A stretch of 64,000 nucleotides of DNA from an uncultured Candidatus Rokubacteria bacterium (GTDB taxonomy: Bacteria; Methylomirabilota; Methylomirabilia; Rokubacteriales; DASRDR01): NCBI GenBank assembly GCA_963805625.1, contig CAWDVE010000010.1, positions 1,888,001-1,952,000 on the forward strand, read 5' to 3'. The notes under the pieces were generated by a model, which was not told where the DNA came from, searched no databases, and was given only the letters and a program-made list of their open reading frames with translations. Of this stretch, positions 9,129-20,518 are shown one piece after another; the stretch's first letter is position 1; each line of letters begins with the position of its first letter. The translations under genes and the position numbers were made by a program.

Positions 9129-12100
9129 CCGGACCGCTTGGGTTCGCGGGGCGCCTCGCGCGGACCTTCATCGATTCCAAGCTGACCCAGCTGATCATCC
9201 TGACCTCGCTGCTGCTGGGCCTGTTCGCCATCCTGGCCACGCCCCGGGAGGAGGAACCCCAAATCGTGGTCCCCTTCGCCGACGTCTTCGTGGACATGCC
9301 GGGGGCGGGGATCAAGGAAGTCGAGGAGCGTCTCAGCATCCCGCTGGAGAAGAAGCTGCGGGAGATCCCCGGGGTCGAGTACGTGTATTCCACCAGCCAA
9401 CCGGGTGCGGCCATGGCCATCGTCCGCTTCCACGTGGGCGAGGACGAGGAGCGGAGCATGGTCAAGCTCCACGACAAGCTCAGGGCCAATCTCGATCTGA
9501 TCCCGCCGGGCGCCTCCCAGCCGCTGGTCAAGCCCCGCTCGATCGATGACGTCCCGATTCTCGCCCTCACGCTATGGAGCGAGCGGGTGGACTCGTACAT
9601 GCTCCGCCGGATCGCCGCCCAGCTGGACGACCAGGTCAAGGCGGTGCCGGACGTGTCGGAGACCCGGCTGATCGGCGGTCTCCGGCGCCAGCTTCGCGTG
9701 ACCTTGGACCGGGACCGCCTGGCGAGCCGGGACGTGACGACGGGGGCGGTGCTGGCGGCGCTCGGGGAGGCCAACCGCGAGCTCCGCGTGGGGCGCTTCG
9801 CGCGGGGAAACCGCGAGTACCTGGTCGACGCCGGCACGTTCCTCGCGAGCGCCGCCGAGCTGGGACAGGTGGTGGTCGGAGTCTCCGGGGCCCGGCCGGT
9901 CTACCTGCGGGACGTGGCCGCCATCGACGACGGGCCGGAGGAGCCGCGGGAGTACGTGCTGATGAGCGGGCGCGGCGGGACCGGGGCGGTCGATCGGGGC
10001 CCGGGGCCGGGTCGAGCCGTGCCGGCGGTGACGCTGTCGGTGGCCAAGCGCAAGGGCACGAACGCGGTGGTCATCGCCGAGCGCGTGCTGGCCAAGGTCG
10101 AGGCCGTGCGGCCGAGCCTCATTCCCGCTGACGTCCACGTCACCGTGACGCGCAACTACGGGGAGACGGCCCGCGAGAAGTCCAGCGAGCTGCTCAAGCA
10201 CCTGCTCCTGGCCACGGTGTCGGTGACGGCCCTCATCGCGCTCTTCCTGGGCCTCCGTGCCTCCCTGGTCGTGTTGGTGGCGATCCCGGTCACGCTGGCG
10301 CTCACGCTCTTCCTCTACTACCTCTACGGCTACACGCTGAACCGCGTCACGCTGTTCGCGCTGATCTTCTCCATCGGCATTCTGGTGGACGACGCCATCG
10401 TGGTCGTGGAGAACATTGCGCGTCACGTCCACTTGCCCGAGAACCGCGATCGCCCGCGCGCCGCCGTGGCGGTGGAAGCGGTGGACGAGGTGGGCAATCC
10501 CACCATCCTGGCCACGTTCGCGGTCATCGCCGCGATCCTCCCCATGGCCTTCGTGGGGGGGCTCATGGGCCCGTACATGCGCCCCATTCCGGTGGGCGCG
10601 TCGGTCGCCATGCTCTTCTCCCTCCTCATCGCCTTCATCGTGTCGCCCTGGGGGGCCACCCGGCTGCTCCGGGCGCCGGTCAGCGGCGGGCCCGCTCACG
10701 AGGCGGGCGCCGAGGACTGGACGACCCGCCTCTACCGCCGGCTCATGGGGCCGCTCCTGCGGGACTGGCGGCGCCGCTGGCTCTTCTTCGGCCTGGTCGT
10801 GCTCCTGCTGCTCGCGGCGTGCTCCCTGGTGGTGCTCAAGCTCGTCCGGGTCAAGATGCTGCCCTTCGACAACAAGAGCGAGCTCCAGGTCATCGTCGAC
10901 ATGCCGGAGGGGACCACGCTGGAGGAGACGGCGCGCGTCAGCCGGGCGCTGGGCGACGCGCTGGCCGCCGATCGCGACGTCACGGACCTCCAGCTGTACG
11001 TGGGAACGGCGGCCCCCTACAACTTCAACGGACTGATCCGCCACTACTTCCCGCCGGTGCGCCAGGGGCCCAACGTGGCCGACATCCAGGTCACCCTCCG
11101 GCCCCCGGGGGAGCGAGCAGAGCAGAGCCACGCGATCGCCGGGCGGCTCCGGCCCGTGCTGGATCGGATCGGCACGCCGGCGGGGGCGCGAATCAAGGTG
11201 GCGGAGATCCCGCCGGGGCCGCCCGTGCTCCAGACCCTGGTGGCCGAGGTCTACGGCGACGACCGCCCCGCCCAGCTGGAGGCCGCCCGGCGCATCCTCG
11301 GCATCTTCGAGCGGACCCCCGGGGTCGTGGATGTGGACTGGTACGTCGAGGATCCCCAGCCGGGGTACCGCTTCGTCGTGGACAAGGAGAAGGCCGCGCT
11401 CTACGGGGTCTCGACCGGCCAGGTGGTCGACACGCTGCGCGTCGCGCTCGACGGCGCGAGCCCGGGGCTCGCCCACCTCCCCGCGGAGAAGGAAGACGTG
11501 CCCATCGTCCTGCGGCTGCCGCGCGATCAGCGAAGTGGCGTGGACGCGCTGGCCGCGCTCAAGCTCAAGGGGACGAGCGGCGGGCTGGTCCCGCTCTCGG
11601 AGCTGGCTCGGGTAGAGGCGACGACGGCGCCGCCCTTCGTCTACCGGAAGAACCTCCAGCGGGTCGTCTACGTGACGGGCGATGTGGCGGGGCAAGAGGA
11701 GAGCCCCGTCTACGCCATCCTGCGGATGAACCGCGAGGTCGACCGGATCCGTCTGCCTGACGGACACGGGGTGCCCCGCTACGTCGCGAGCCAGCCGTTC
11801 CTGACCGACCGGGTCTCGATGAAGTGGGATGGGGAGTGGCAGGTCACCTACGAGGTGTTTCGGGATCTCGGCCTGGCCTTCGGCGCCGTCATCGTGCTGA
11901 TCTACATCTTGGTGGTGGGCTGGTTCCGCTCGTTCCGGACCCCGCTGGTGATCATGGCGCCGATCCCCCTGACCCTGGTGGGGATCCTCCCCGCCCACGG
12001 GCTCCTGGGCGCCTTCTTCACGGCCACGTCCATGATCGGGTTCATCGCCGGGGCCGGCATCATCGTCCGCAACTCCATCATCCTGGTGGACTTCATCGAG

Positions 12101-12328
12101 CTGCGCCGGGCCCAGGGCATGCCGCTCGCGGAGGCGGTGGTGGACGCGGGCGCGGTGCGATTCCGTCCCATGCTGCTGACGGCCGCGGCCGTCGTGGTGG
12201 GCGCCTCGGTGATCCTGTTCGATCCCATCTTTCAGGGGTTGGCGCTGTCGCTCATGGCGGGCGAGGTGGCCTCGACGCTCCTGTCCCGCATGGCGGTGCC
12301 GGTGCTCTACTACATGGCCGAGTCCTGA
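9125..12328 (+). CDS. RND efflux permease (AcrB/CusA superfamily)
   Basis: 1067 aa; [34 protein letters not shown] and RFRPMLLT motifs. Confidence 0.96.
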   Translation: MTGPLGFAGRLARTFIDSKLTQLIILTSLLLGLFAILATPREEEPQIVVPFADVFVDMPGAGIKEVEERLSIPLEKKLREIPGVEYVYSTSQPGAAMAIVRFHVGEDEERSMVKLHDKLRANLDLIPPGASQPLVKPRSIDDVPILALTLWSERVDSYMLRRIAAQLDDQVKAVPDVSETRLIGGLRRQLRVTLDRDRLASRDVTTGAVLAALGEANRELRVGRFARGNREYLVDAGTFLASAAELGQVVVGVSGARPVYLRDVAAIDDGPEEPREYVLMSGRGGTGAVDRGPGPGRAVPAVTLSVAKRKGTNAVVIAERVLAKVEAVRPSLIPADVHVTVTRNYGETAREKSSELLKHLLLATVSVTALIALFLGLRASLVVLVAIPVTLALTLFLYYLYGYTLNRVTLFALIFSIGILVDDAIVVVENIARHVHLPENRDRPRAAVAVEAVDEVGNPTILATFAVIAAILPMAFVGGLMGPYMRPIPVGASVAMLFSLLIAFIVSPWGATRLLRAPVSGGPAHEAGAEDWTTRLYRRLMGPLLRDWRRRWLFFGLVVLLLLAACSLVVLKLVRVKMLPFDNKSELQVIVDMPEGTTLEETARVSRALGDALAADRDVTDLQLYVGTAAPYNFNGLIRHYFPPVRQGPNVADIQVTLRPPGERAEQSHAIAGRLRPVLDRIGTPAGARIKVAEIPPGPPVLQTLVAEVYGDDRPAQLEAARRILGIFERTPGVVDVDWYVEDPQPGYRFVVDKEKAALYGVSTGQVVDTLRVALDGASPGLAHLPAEKEDVPIVLRLPRDQRSGVDALAALKLKGTSGGLVPLSELARVEATTAPPFVYRKNLQRVVYVTGDVAGQEESPVYAILRMNREVDRIRLPDGHGVPRYVASQPFLTDRVSMKWDGEWQVTYEVFRDLGLAFGAVIVLIYILVVGWFRSFRTPLVIMAPIPLTLVGILPAHGLLGAFFTATSMIGFIAGAGIIVRNSIILVDFIELRRAQGMPLAEAVVDAGAVRFRPMLLTAAAVVVGASVILFDPIFQGLALSLMAGEVASTLLSRMAVPVLYYMAES

Positions 12329-12517
12329 AGGGAGACGCAGGAGCGTCCGTGGGGGTGGGGCTCGCATCCCGTGTGGGGCACGTGGGGGGAAACGGCAGAA
12401 TTCGAGCAATCTTCTCGGCACTGGGTACGGCCTGACCGGCGTGAGCCCTACAGGACACGAAGGCTACGCCAACGGAAAACGCCCCGGTGGGTGGCAAGGC
12501 TTGCGAGGCCGTGGCCG

Positions 12518-13360
12518 CTACTTCGTCCCCGCGCCGACGAGTACCTCGCCCGGAAACACCACGCCCGATGGCGTCTCGAACCCGCGATACGCGCGCTCGA
12601 TCTCCGCCCAGGCGTCGGCACGCGCCGCGTCGTCCAGGTGGGCCATGACGCGAGCGAGCGGGCGCGAGTCGCGCTGGGCAGCGATCGCCTCGGCCACCGA
12701 CGCGACCCGCCGCGGCGCGGGGACCGGTTCGACGACCACGTCGCGGAACCCAGCGGCTCCGAGCCCCTGCGCCAGCACGCCGGGCGCGGCGAGCGAGAAG
12801 GCGCGCACGAGCTCGGCGTCGGGCGGCGCCGGGCGCCCCAGCGCGCGCAGCACGGCCAGCGGGGTCGTTAGGTACGGGTTCCGCTCGGGCGTCGACCACA
12901 CGATCATGGCGAGGCGCCCGCCGGCGCGCAGCACGCGGCGCGCGCCGCTGAGGGCGGCCGCGAGGTCGGGCGTGAACATCAGTCCGAGACGCGAGATGAC
13001 GGCATCCCACTGATCGGGCTCGAGATCGATCGCCGCGACGTCGAGTACGCGCGTGGCGACGTGGCCGAGCCCCGCGCGCGCAGCGCCCGCGGCTGCCTCG
13101 TCGACCATCTGGGCCGAGATGTCCGTCGCGAGGACGTGTCCCTGCGGCCCGACACGCGCCGCCGCGGCGAACGCCTGGTCGCCGGTGCCGGTGCCGAGGT
13201 CCAGCACGCGCGCCCCCGGGCGCACCCCTGCAAGGTCGAGCATGCGTTCGGTCGCCGGAGCGAGCGTCGCGTTGCGGGCGGCGCTCGACCGCTGCCACGC
13301 CTCGACCGCGTCTCGCGAGCTCCACGCACCGAGGTTCTGTTCGTCTCCGGCTCGTTTCAT
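12518..13360 (-). CDS. Class I SAM-dependent methyltransferase (UbiE-like)
   Basis: VLDLGTGTG, TDIS and RVLRAGGRL motifs; GGAGG RBS. Confidence 0.9.
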   Translation of the reverse strand: MKRAGDEQNLGAWSSRDAVEAWQRSSAARNATLAPATERMLDLAGVRPGARVLDLGTGTGDQAFAAAARVGPQGHVLATDISAQMVDEAAAGAARAGLGHVATRVLDVAAIDLEPDQWDAVISRLGLMFTPDLAAALSGARRVLRAGGRLAMIVWSTPERNPYLTTPLAVLRALGRPAPPDAELVRAFSLAAPGVLAQGLGAAGFRDVVVEPVPAPRRVASVAEAIAAQRDSRPLARVMAHLDDAARADAWAEIERAYRGFETPSGVVFPGEVLVGAGTK

Positions 13361-13386
13361 GGTGTCCTCCGTCGGGCGGAAGGCGT

Positions 13387-15318
13387 TCAGCGGACGATCT
13401 GCCAGGGTACGGTCCGCAGATCGAGCCGCCACTCGCGCGCGAAGAACGGTCGGCCGTCGAGGGAGACGTCGGCCCGGAGGGCCGTCTCCTCAAACGTCTG
13501 CCACATCGCGAGAGACACCTCGATCGGGGCCGGCCCGTCCACGACACGCCAGACCTGGCGCGACTCCATCCGCACGGCCCCGGGGCGATTGCGCTCGACG
13601 CCGATCCTGGCTTCGAGCTCCCACGCGAGCTCGGCGCCGCCGTCGAGCCGGAAGCGCGACTTGCGGTGCAGCTCGTAGGCCGCCGACCGATCGTCGAGCG
13701 CCCGACGAACCGAGTGCTCGCTGCGCGCCTCGAGCTGGGCGGTCGGACGCTCCGACACGGGGGGCCCGAACACCGGCACCGGGCCGCGCGGCGCGTCCTC
13801 GGGCTCGACCGGGAGGCGCAGACGTGTCCCACCCCGCCCCGATCGGGCAACCCTGAAGGTACCGCCGTCGGGAGCGGGGACGAGGGCGGGAAAGTGTGAA
13901 CCGGCGACCGCCAGCCTCAGCCGGTGGCCGGCCGGAAGTCGGTACGAGGTGGGATTGAGCGGGACCCGGACCTCGTACGCGCGCGCCGGGTCGAGCGGGC
14001 CGCCCACGAGGTGGGCCGGCCGGACCCAGCCCTGGGAGATGAGTGTGGAGAACCCGCCGGGCGCGACGTCGGCGAGCCAGGCCCGGAGAGGGACGTCGGG
14101 GCGGTCGGAGCGGAGAACGACGGCCACCTCGGGCAGGCCCGTGATCCGCAGCCCGTCGGCCTGCGGCTCGCTGGTCCAGGCGAGCGCCCGGTGGTCATCC
14201 GGGGAGATGTCCGGCGGCGTGGCCGGCGTGGGCGTGGTCCAGTCCCACGGCAGCGCGGCCAGACCCACCGTCGGATCGACCCGGTAGACATCCTCGCCCT
14301 CCAAGGCCGGGTGGGTCGACAACGAGCCATCCGCTCCCGCGAAGAATTCCCGGATCGCGGCGGTCGCGGGAGGCCAGCGCTCGGCGGTGCGCCAGCCGCC
14401 GCCGAGCTGCTCGAAGAAGGTCACGGCCGGCCCGCCCGCGCCGGCGGCGTCCGCGCGCCCCTTCAACCAGCGGTCGAACCACCCGGCCATCGTCTCGAAG
14501 AACCCGATCGGCTCGTGGACGGCGAGGTCTGGCAGCTCGTGCTTCCAGGGTCCCAGGAGCATGCGTCTGGGAGTCTGCAGGCGGTCGTAGTACGCGGCGG
14601 TCTCGCGCGGGTACGAGTCGTGCCAGGCGGAGACCGCGAAGGTCGGCGCCTCGATCGCCTCGATGTCGGTCGCCCAGGTCCCCCAGGTCGCGGGGGGGAT
14701 CGTGTGCCAATGGAAGGTGAACGGCTGGTCGATCGCCTCGAGCCGGGCCCGCCAGCGGACCGTCCAGTCCTTGCCGAAGCGGAGCGGCGGCAGGAGCTGG
14801 ATGCCGGCAACCCGAAATCCCCAGTCGATCTCGCCGACGAGCGCCCCGCGGCAGCCGTGGGGCCAGGCCGCGCCAGTGTACTCGTTGTCGATCGCGTGGA
14901 TCGCCACGATCGCGCCCAGCGAGGGGGGCTTTGTCGAGGCGATCGAGAGCGCCGTGTTGCCGCCGTACGAGATGCCCCAGATGCCCGTCCGACCGGTGCA
15001 CCAGGGCTGGCCCGCGATCCACGCCAGCGCGTCGTGGCCGTCGAGCTTCTCGGCGGGCGCGAACGGCGGCGCCGGGACGCCCTCCGACTCGCCGTAGCCG
15101 CGGAAGTCGAGGCTGCAACACGCATACCCGCGGCGCGCCAGGGCGATCTGGCCGACCTCGATCGAGCCCCTCCCGCCCATTCCATCCTTGAGATAGGGCG
15201 TGTACTGGAGGAGCGCCGGGTAGCGGCCGGGCGCCTCCGGCAGGTAGAGGTTCGCCGCCAGGCGGATCCCGTCCCGCATGGGGATCCACAGGTCGCGCTC
15301 GATCCGGACGCCCGCCAT
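13387..15318 (-). CDS. CocE/NonD family alpha/beta hydrolase
   Basis: IPMRDGIRLAANLY, YTPY, GISYGG nucleophile, GPWKH and a PepX_C-like region. Confidence 0.93.
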   Translation of the reverse strand: MAGVRIERDLWIPMRDGIRLAANLYLPEAPGRYPALLQYTPYLKDGMGGRGSIEVGQIALARRGYACCSLDFRGYGESEGVPAPPFAPAEKLDGHDALAWIAGQPWCTGRTGIWGISYGGNTALSIASTKPPSLGAIVAIHAIDNEYTGAAWPHGCRGALVGEIDWGFRVAGIQLLPPLRFGKDWTVRWRARLEAIDQPFTFHWHTIPPATWGTWATDIEAIEAPTFAVSAWHDSYPRETAAYYDRLQTPRRMLLGPWKHELPDLAVHEPIGFFETMAGWFDRWLKGRADAAGAGGPAVTFFEQLGGGWRTAERWPPATAAIREFFAGADGSLSTHPALEGEDVYRVDPTVGLAALPWDWTTPTPATPPDISPDDHRALAWTSEPQADGLRITGLPEVAVVLRSDRPDVPLRAWLADVAPGGFSTLISQGWVRPAHLVGGPLDPARAYEVRVPLNPTSYRLPAGHRLRLAVAGSHFPALVPAPDGGTFRVARSGRGGTRLRLPVEPEDAPRGPVPVFGPPVSERPTAQLEARSEHSVRRALDDRSAAYELHRKSRFRLDGGAELAWELEARIGVERNRPGAVRMESRQVWRVVDGPAPIEVSLAMWQTFEETALRADVSLDGRPFFAREWRLDLRTVPWQIVR

Positions 15319-15929
15319 CGCCCCCGAAGACATTACTCCGGTCTCTCCCCGCTGACGTGTCCGTCAGATTCTCTGGTTCGTCCGGAGATCCCGCCCGCCC
15401 GTGACGGCGGGACCAGCGGGCTTGCCGCTCGGTCCGGTGGGTTGATACTCCCACGTGATCCGGCTGTAGGCGAGCGTGACCAGCGGTGTCCCTGGGGCGT
15501 GACGGGGGAAGATCTTCGGACACTCGTCGTCACTTCGGGCAACGGCTGGTGGGCGTGAGTGCTTGTCACTTGGTTGCCATTTCGACGTGCTTCGTGAAGC
15601 CAGAACTTTCCGTGGGGCTCATCAGAGTCGCGTAGCTTCAACCCTTGCCGTCTTCGAGCGTCCAGTCCCCTGCAGCGGGCACGAACATAGGGCTGCCATC
15701 ACGGACACCGGTGTATCCTCTTGGGACGGGGGCCCGGGAGAGCCTCGAGGGGGACGCCGAGCCCGAAGGCCGGTCCTCGAACCATGTCCCCGGCCGTCCG
15801 GGCGCGGAACGAGAATAATCGCCGCCGCCGCTGGTGGCCAGGACCCAATGAGGAAGCCCGCCTAGAGTGCATGGCCAAGCGCCCCCTGCTACGAATGCGC
15901 AGTTCACGGCACGGAGACCAGAGACACAC

Positions 15930-17249
15930 GTGACCAGCCCGACCTTCCTCCATCCCGAGATCGAGACCACCGCGCCCGAGGCGCTCGCTCCCTTGCAGGA
16001 GCGCTTGTGGCGGAGGCAGTGGGACTACATACGGGCCCACTCGGCCTTCTACCAGCGCAAGTTCGACAGAGCGACCGATCGCGCGTTCACGCTCGACGGG
16101 CTGCGTGAGCTACCACTCACCGACAAGGAGGAAATCCGCGCCGCCCAGGAAGCTTGGCCGCCCTACGGCGACTATGTGGCCTGTGCGCCCGAGCAAGTGG
16201 TGCGCGTCCACCGCACCTCGGGCACCACCGGCCGCTCGCTCAACATCGCTTTCTCGCAGAGGGACGTCGAGCAGGTTACGCGGCTGGGCGGGCGGGCGAT
16301 GTTCAGCGCCGGCGCGCGCCCGGGTCTGCGCATCGTGCACTGCCTCAACTATCAGCTGTGGACTGGCGGCGTCACCGACCACATGATCATCGAGGCAAGC
16401 GGGGCGACCGCGGTGCCGTTCGGTGTCGGCAGTACCAGGAAGCTGCTCGAGACGATCACCGAGCTCGGCGTCACCGGCATCCACTGCACACCGTCCTATC
16501 CCGCTCTCCTGGAGAAGGTGCTTCGCGAGGAGATGGGCCGCGAGCCCCGCTCGCTGGGCCTCAAGCTCGGCCTCTTCGGCGGTGAGAGCGGGCTCGACAA
16601 CCGGGCCTTCCGCGACCGGTTGGAGGAGACCTGGGGGTTCAAGGTTCGCAACGCCAATTTCGGGCTTTCCGAGGTCATGTCGATCCTCGGCAGCCAGTGC
16701 GAGCACACGAGCGATCTGCATTTCCACGCGGCTGACGGCGTGTTCGTCGAGCTGCTCGATCCCGCGTCGCGCGAGCGCCTGCCGATCCGCGAGGGCACCA
16801 CGGGCGAGCTGGTCTGCACCCACCTCGCCAAGGAATGCCAGCCGCTGGTGCGCTACCGGACGCGCGACGTGCTCACCGTCACCGGCACCGGACCCTGTGC
16901 CTGCGGGCGTACGGCCTGGCGCTTCCGCGTTACCGGCCGCACCGACGACATGTTCAACGTGCGCGGCGTCAACGTGTTTCCGACCGCGGTGCAGCGCGTG
17001 GTGGCGGAGGCGGGGGACATCGCGTCCGGCCAGTTCCGAATCGTGCTCGCCGGCCCCGGACCCTACGACCGCGTCGTCCTGCGAGTGGAAGCCGCGCAGG
17101 GCATGCCGCCCGAGCGCTGGCCGGGTGCGGCCACCGACCTCGAGCGCCGGCTACGCGCCGCAATCGGCGCGACCGCGGAGGTGACCATGCTCCCCTTCGA
17201 GACCCTGCCCCGCACCGAGGGCAAGACGAGGCTGGTGGAAAGGAAGTAG
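15930..17249 (+). CDS. Phenylacetate--CoA ligase family protein
   Basis: TSGTTG, FGLSE, RYRTRD and GRTDDMFNVRGVNVFP motifs. Confidence 0.92.
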   Translation: MTSPTFLHPEIETTAPEALAPLQERLWRRQWDYIRAHSAFYQRKFDRATDRAFTLDGLRELPLTDKEEIRAAQEAWPPYGDYVACAPEQVVRVHRTSGTTGRSLNIAFSQRDVEQVTRLGGRAMFSAGARPGLRIVHCLNYQLWTGGVTDHMIIEASGATAVPFGVGSTRKLLETITELGVTGIHCTPSYPALLEKVLREEMGREPRSLGLKLGLFGGESGLDNRAFRDRLEETWGFKVRNANFGLSEVMSILGSQCEHTSDLHFHAADGVFVELLDPASRERLPIREGTTGELVCTHLAKECQPLVRYRTRDVLTVTGTGPCACGRTAWRFRVTGRTDDMFNVRGVNVFPTAVQRVVAEAGDIASGQFRIVLAGPGPYDRVVLRVEAAQGMPPERWPGAATDLERRLRAAIGATAEVTMLPFETLPRTEGKTRLVERK

Positions 17250-17251
17250 TC

Positions 17252-18010
17252 ATGACCTTCGTTACCCTCGAGCGTCAGGGCCCGATTGGCATCGTGACCC
17301 TCAGCCGGCCGGACCGGCTCAATGCCATGAGTCGGGCGCTGACGCGCGATGCCGAAGCCGCCTTCCGCCAGGCCAACGCCGATCCGGAGATCGCGGTGAT
17401 CGTGTTCACCGGAGCGGGGCGCGCCTTCTGTGCGGGCGACGATCTGAAGGAGTTCGGCGAGCAGTCGGCGAGTCCCGCGGCGATCCGCGATCATATCGGG
17501 GGCATCCAGGCGGTCACCCGGGCGATGATGCTCTCCGACAAGGTGGTCGTCGGCGCCATCCATGGCTATGCGGTCGGCGGCGGCTTCGAATGGCTGTGCA
17601 ATTGCGACATGGTGGTCGCAGCCGACGATCTCGTCGCGTTTTTCCCCGAGATGGACTGGGGCCAGTTTGTGACCGGCGCCGTTACCCACCTGCTGCCGCA
17701 GGCGATCGGATATCAGCGCGCCATGCGACTGATGGTGCTTGGTGAGCAGCATTCGGCACGGGATCTCGAAGCACTGGGCCTCGTCGGCTGGGTGCTGCCG
17801 AGGGAGGCGATGCTGCCGAAGGCCATGGAGATCGCGGCCAAGGTCGCCGGCAAGTCGCGCTATTCGGTCGGCAAGCTGAAGCGGCTCCTCTCACAGGGCT
17901 TGGACGACCGGCTGGAGCGAGCGCTGCGGCTGGAGGGCGAGATCACCGAGGAGGCGTTCGGACGCAGCGAGGCGGCCGAGCGGGTGCGGAAGTTCACCGA
18001 GCGAAAGTGA
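17252..18010 (+). CDS. Enoyl-CoA hydratase/isomerase family protein
   Basis: RPDRLNA, AFCAGDDL, GYAVGGGFE and PE motifs. Confidence 0.93.
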   Translation: MTFVTLERQGPIGIVTLSRPDRLNAMSRALTRDAEAAFRQANADPEIAVIVFTGAGRAFCAGDDLKEFGEQSASPAAIRDHIGGIQAVTRAMMLSDKVVVGAIHGYAVGGGFEWLCNCDMVVAADDLVAFFPEMDWGQFVTGAVTHLLPQAIGYQRAMRLMVLGEQHSARDLEALGLVGWVLPREAMLPKAMEIAAKVAGKSRYSVGKLKRLLSQGLDDRLERALRLEGEITEEAFGRSEAAERVRKFTERK

Positions 18011-18224
18011 TACCAGGGCCACGTTCGTCGCGCCCCGTATCCCGCGATGGTGCAGTCGGCTCGCGTTGCAGAGCCTTGTGATCATCGAAGCGATGATCAG
18101 CGGCTCCGCACCTCCTCCTTGTTTCCCTCGCCCGCCGGATGCATACAAGGCCTTTGTAGTGGAAACATGGCGCAACCGTCATCGCCCGCCGACCCATGAA
18201 AAGCACGCCGTCAGGGAGGGTGGA

Positions 18225-18599
18225 ATGTCCCGAGACACGCCTGAGCACGTCCTCAAATCGATAGTTGACGGAATCAACGCTGGCAATCTCGACAGTCTCA
18301 TGCCTCTCTATGAGCCCGCCGCCGCTTTTGCGACTCAGCCTGGGAGCCTCGCGCACGGCTTACCGGGTGTCCGTCAAGCGCTGGCCGGGTTCATTGCCAT
18401 GAAGGGCACCCTCGATCTCAAAGTGACAAGGGTCCTCGAGGCGAGTGGTCTCGCGCTCGTCACTGGGGTGTGGTCATTCACGGGAACAGGGCCAGACGGC
18501 CAACCCGTGAAGCTGGCGGCAACATCCGCGGATGTCCTGCGGCGTCAGGCCGACGGCTCGTGGCGTTTTGTGATCGACAACCCTTGGGGAACGGCCTGA
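18225..18599 (+). CDS. SnoaL-like/DUF4440 NTF2-fold protein
   Basis: DVLRRQADGSWRFVIDNPWG C-terminus; GGAGG RBS. Confidence 0.88.
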   Translation: MSRDTPEHVLKSIVDGINAGNLDSLMPLYEPAAAFATQPGSLAHGLPGVRQALAGFIAMKGTLDLKVTRVLEASGLALVTGVWSFTGTGPDGQPVKLAATSADVLRRQADGSWRFVIDNPWGTA

Positions 18600-18719
18600 A
18601 TATCGAGCCGCGGCCCACCCCCCGCACCGGCCGCGCACCATCGAGGTCGAGTGGGTCAGGGCTGCTTTCGTCCGCCAGCCCCCTGGCTCTCTGGCACTGT
18701 CCTCTGGCACTGGCCGGAT

Positions 18720-19145
18720 CTCCATGATGAGCCCCGCGAGCTCTTCCGTGCGCGCACGAATCGCTTCGTGCCGACCGTGGGTCCGACTCACCTATTCATC
18801 GCAGAGCGACAGCAACGGGGAGGTCGTGCGGAAGCCGCCGCGTCCGAGGGTGAACGCGGTGGTCCGGTACGCCCCGACGTCTAGCTCCGTCACCTGCTCG
18901 TGCGGCAACCCGATCGAGGCCCGTGGTGCTCCCACGTCGCGCCGCCATCGCCGGTGGACCAGACGCCGAGGTCGCAGCCAAGGTAGACGATGTTGGGATC
19001 GATCGGATGCACGGACCGGCGTTGAACGGCAGGTCCGCCGGCGGGCTCACGTCTGCCCACGTCGGGCTCACCACGCTGGCGTCATCGGTGCGGAAGACAT
19101 GGGCCGGCTGGCCCGGCGTGGCGGCGTCGTAGCCAGAGACGGGGT
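18720..19145 (-). pseudogene. Degraded BNR/VPS10-type beta-propeller (glycosyl-hydrolase-like) fragment
   Basis: SGYDAATPGQPAHVFRTDD...WADVSPPADLPFNA, then in another frame PIDPNIVYLGCDLGVW and STDGGATW; several frameshifts and stops. Confidence 0.55.
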
Positions 19146-19169
19146 GTTCGCGTCGATGCACGCGCAGAG

Positions 19170-19220
19170 GGCGACTGTGGAGGCCGGGGGCCTCATGTCG
19201 TACGGGCCGAGCATCGTGGC
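19170..19220 (+). pseudogene. Fragment of an ABC substrate-binding protein (ABC_sub_bind type)
   Basis: VEAGGLMSYGPSI signature with no surrounding ORF. Confidence 0.5.
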
Positions 19221-19314
19221 CCTTGGCGACGCGGGGCGGCTTTCGAGCCGTCAGGGGCCCCGACGCCCGGGTGGGTGATGAGCCGCGGGGCATCGGGGTG
19301 AGCCAGGCCGCCGT

Positions 19315-19375
19315 CGTGATCGCGTCGGCATCAGCGACGGCGCGAAGCGCCGCCCGCTGGATGCCGTTGTTACGC
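19315..19375 (-). mobile_element. attC-like integron cassette recombination site
   Basis: Minus strand GCGTAAC (contains the MDR stop) followed by the imperfect palindrome GGCATCCAGCG...CGCTGATGCC with one extra base; R' end degenerate. Confidence 0.6.
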
Positions 19376-20437
19376 CGCTCCTGACTCAAGCGATGACCCG
19401 TTGGGCACGAGCACGATTTTGCCTGTCACGCCTCCCTTCCCGAGCAACTCGTGCGCGTGTCTTGCCTCGGCAAGAGGAAATCGCTGCGCGATGAGCGGCC
19501 TGATCCTCTTCTGCTGAAGGAGGTCGAAGAGGGCGATCAAATCCTGTCGAAACCATGCCGGTCTCAGCCGTTTGAGCCACTGGATGCTGTAGGGGACCAC
19601 CCGTTTCCGGCCCGGGAGAAGCCAGCCGCCAGCAATGTACAGCCCGAAAATCGGGATTCCACGAAAGCGATGACGACGACCTGGACGACCTGAAGCCAAT
19701 CGTCCCCCGCGTAGCGAGGAAGTAAGGCCATAGGCCACGACCCTCCCGCCAGGGCGGAGCGCCTTGCGGGAACGCCAGATGTGGGTACCACCGATGCCGT
19801 CAAAGACGACGTCTACACCCTCGCTCGTGAGGCGGTGAATTTCTTTCACGAAGTCCTGATGCTGGTAGTCAATTGGGATACCGCCCAGGTCGGCAACGGC
19901 CGACGCCCCTCGCGATGAACAGGTACCGTACATCTCCAGCCCGGTGAGGCGCCCAAGCTGCAATAGTGCCGAGCCGACCCCGCCTGCCGCGCCATGAATC
20001 AGCACGCGCTGGCCCGATCTGACCCGAGCGGAACGATGCAACATCTGGTACGCCGTGACGTAGTTCAGGACGAGACTGACAGCCTCGGCGGCGTCCAACC
20101 CGGATGGCACCGGAACCAGTTCACGCTGCGACAGGCAGACGAACTCCGCGTACGCACCGCTTATTGGCAGCGCGGCAACTATCTGGCCTGGTTCGAGTCC
20201 AGAGATACCGGCGCCGAGCCGATCCAGCACGCCAATCAGATCCCACCCCGGCGTGAATGGCAGCCGGGGCGTCTCGGGATGAACACCCTCGCGCATCAGC
20301 AGGTCGGGCAAGGAGACCCCTGCGGCCAGCACTCTTACCCGCACTTCACCATCCTTCGGCTCGGGGCACTCTTCTTCCACCACCTGAAGTGCAGCGGGCC
20401 CGCCGTAGTGAGTGACGATGATGCGCGTGTGTCTCAT
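19370..20437 (-). CDS. Medium-chain dehydrogenase/reductase (quinone oxidoreductase-like)
   Basis: GEVRVRVLAAGV, PFTPGWD, LIHGAAGGVG and GKIVL motifs; GAGGAGG upstream. Confidence 0.93.
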   Translation of the reverse strand: MRHTRIIVTHYGGPAALQVVEEECPEPKDGEVRVRVLAAGVSLPDLLMREGVHPETPRLPFTPGWDLIGVLDRLGAGISGLEPGQIVAALPISGAYAEFVCLSQRELVPVPSGLDAAEAVSLVLNYVTAYQMLHRSARVRSGQRVLIHGAAGGVGSALLQLGRLTGLEMYGTCSSRGASAVADLGGIPIDYQHQDFVKEIHRLTSEGVDVVFDGIGGTHIWRSRKALRPGGRVVAYGLTSSLRGGRLASGRPGRRHRFRGIPIFGLYIAGGWLLPGRKRVVPYSIQWLKRLRPAWFRQDLIALFDLLQQKRIRPLIAQRFPLAEARHAHELLGKGGVTGKIVLVPNGSSLESGAA

Positions 20438-20518
20438 GGACCTCTTCCTCCCTCGCCGGGCGCTCCAGCTAGTGCGGCGTTGTCCTGACAATACGCTCCC
20501 CCGGAGGGAGTCGGCATC

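Noticed and set aside
15335-15925. Long intergenic region as a riboswitch or ncRNA
   Set aside because: Only generic GC hairpins and no recognisable riboswitch consensus; an Rfam scan would be needed
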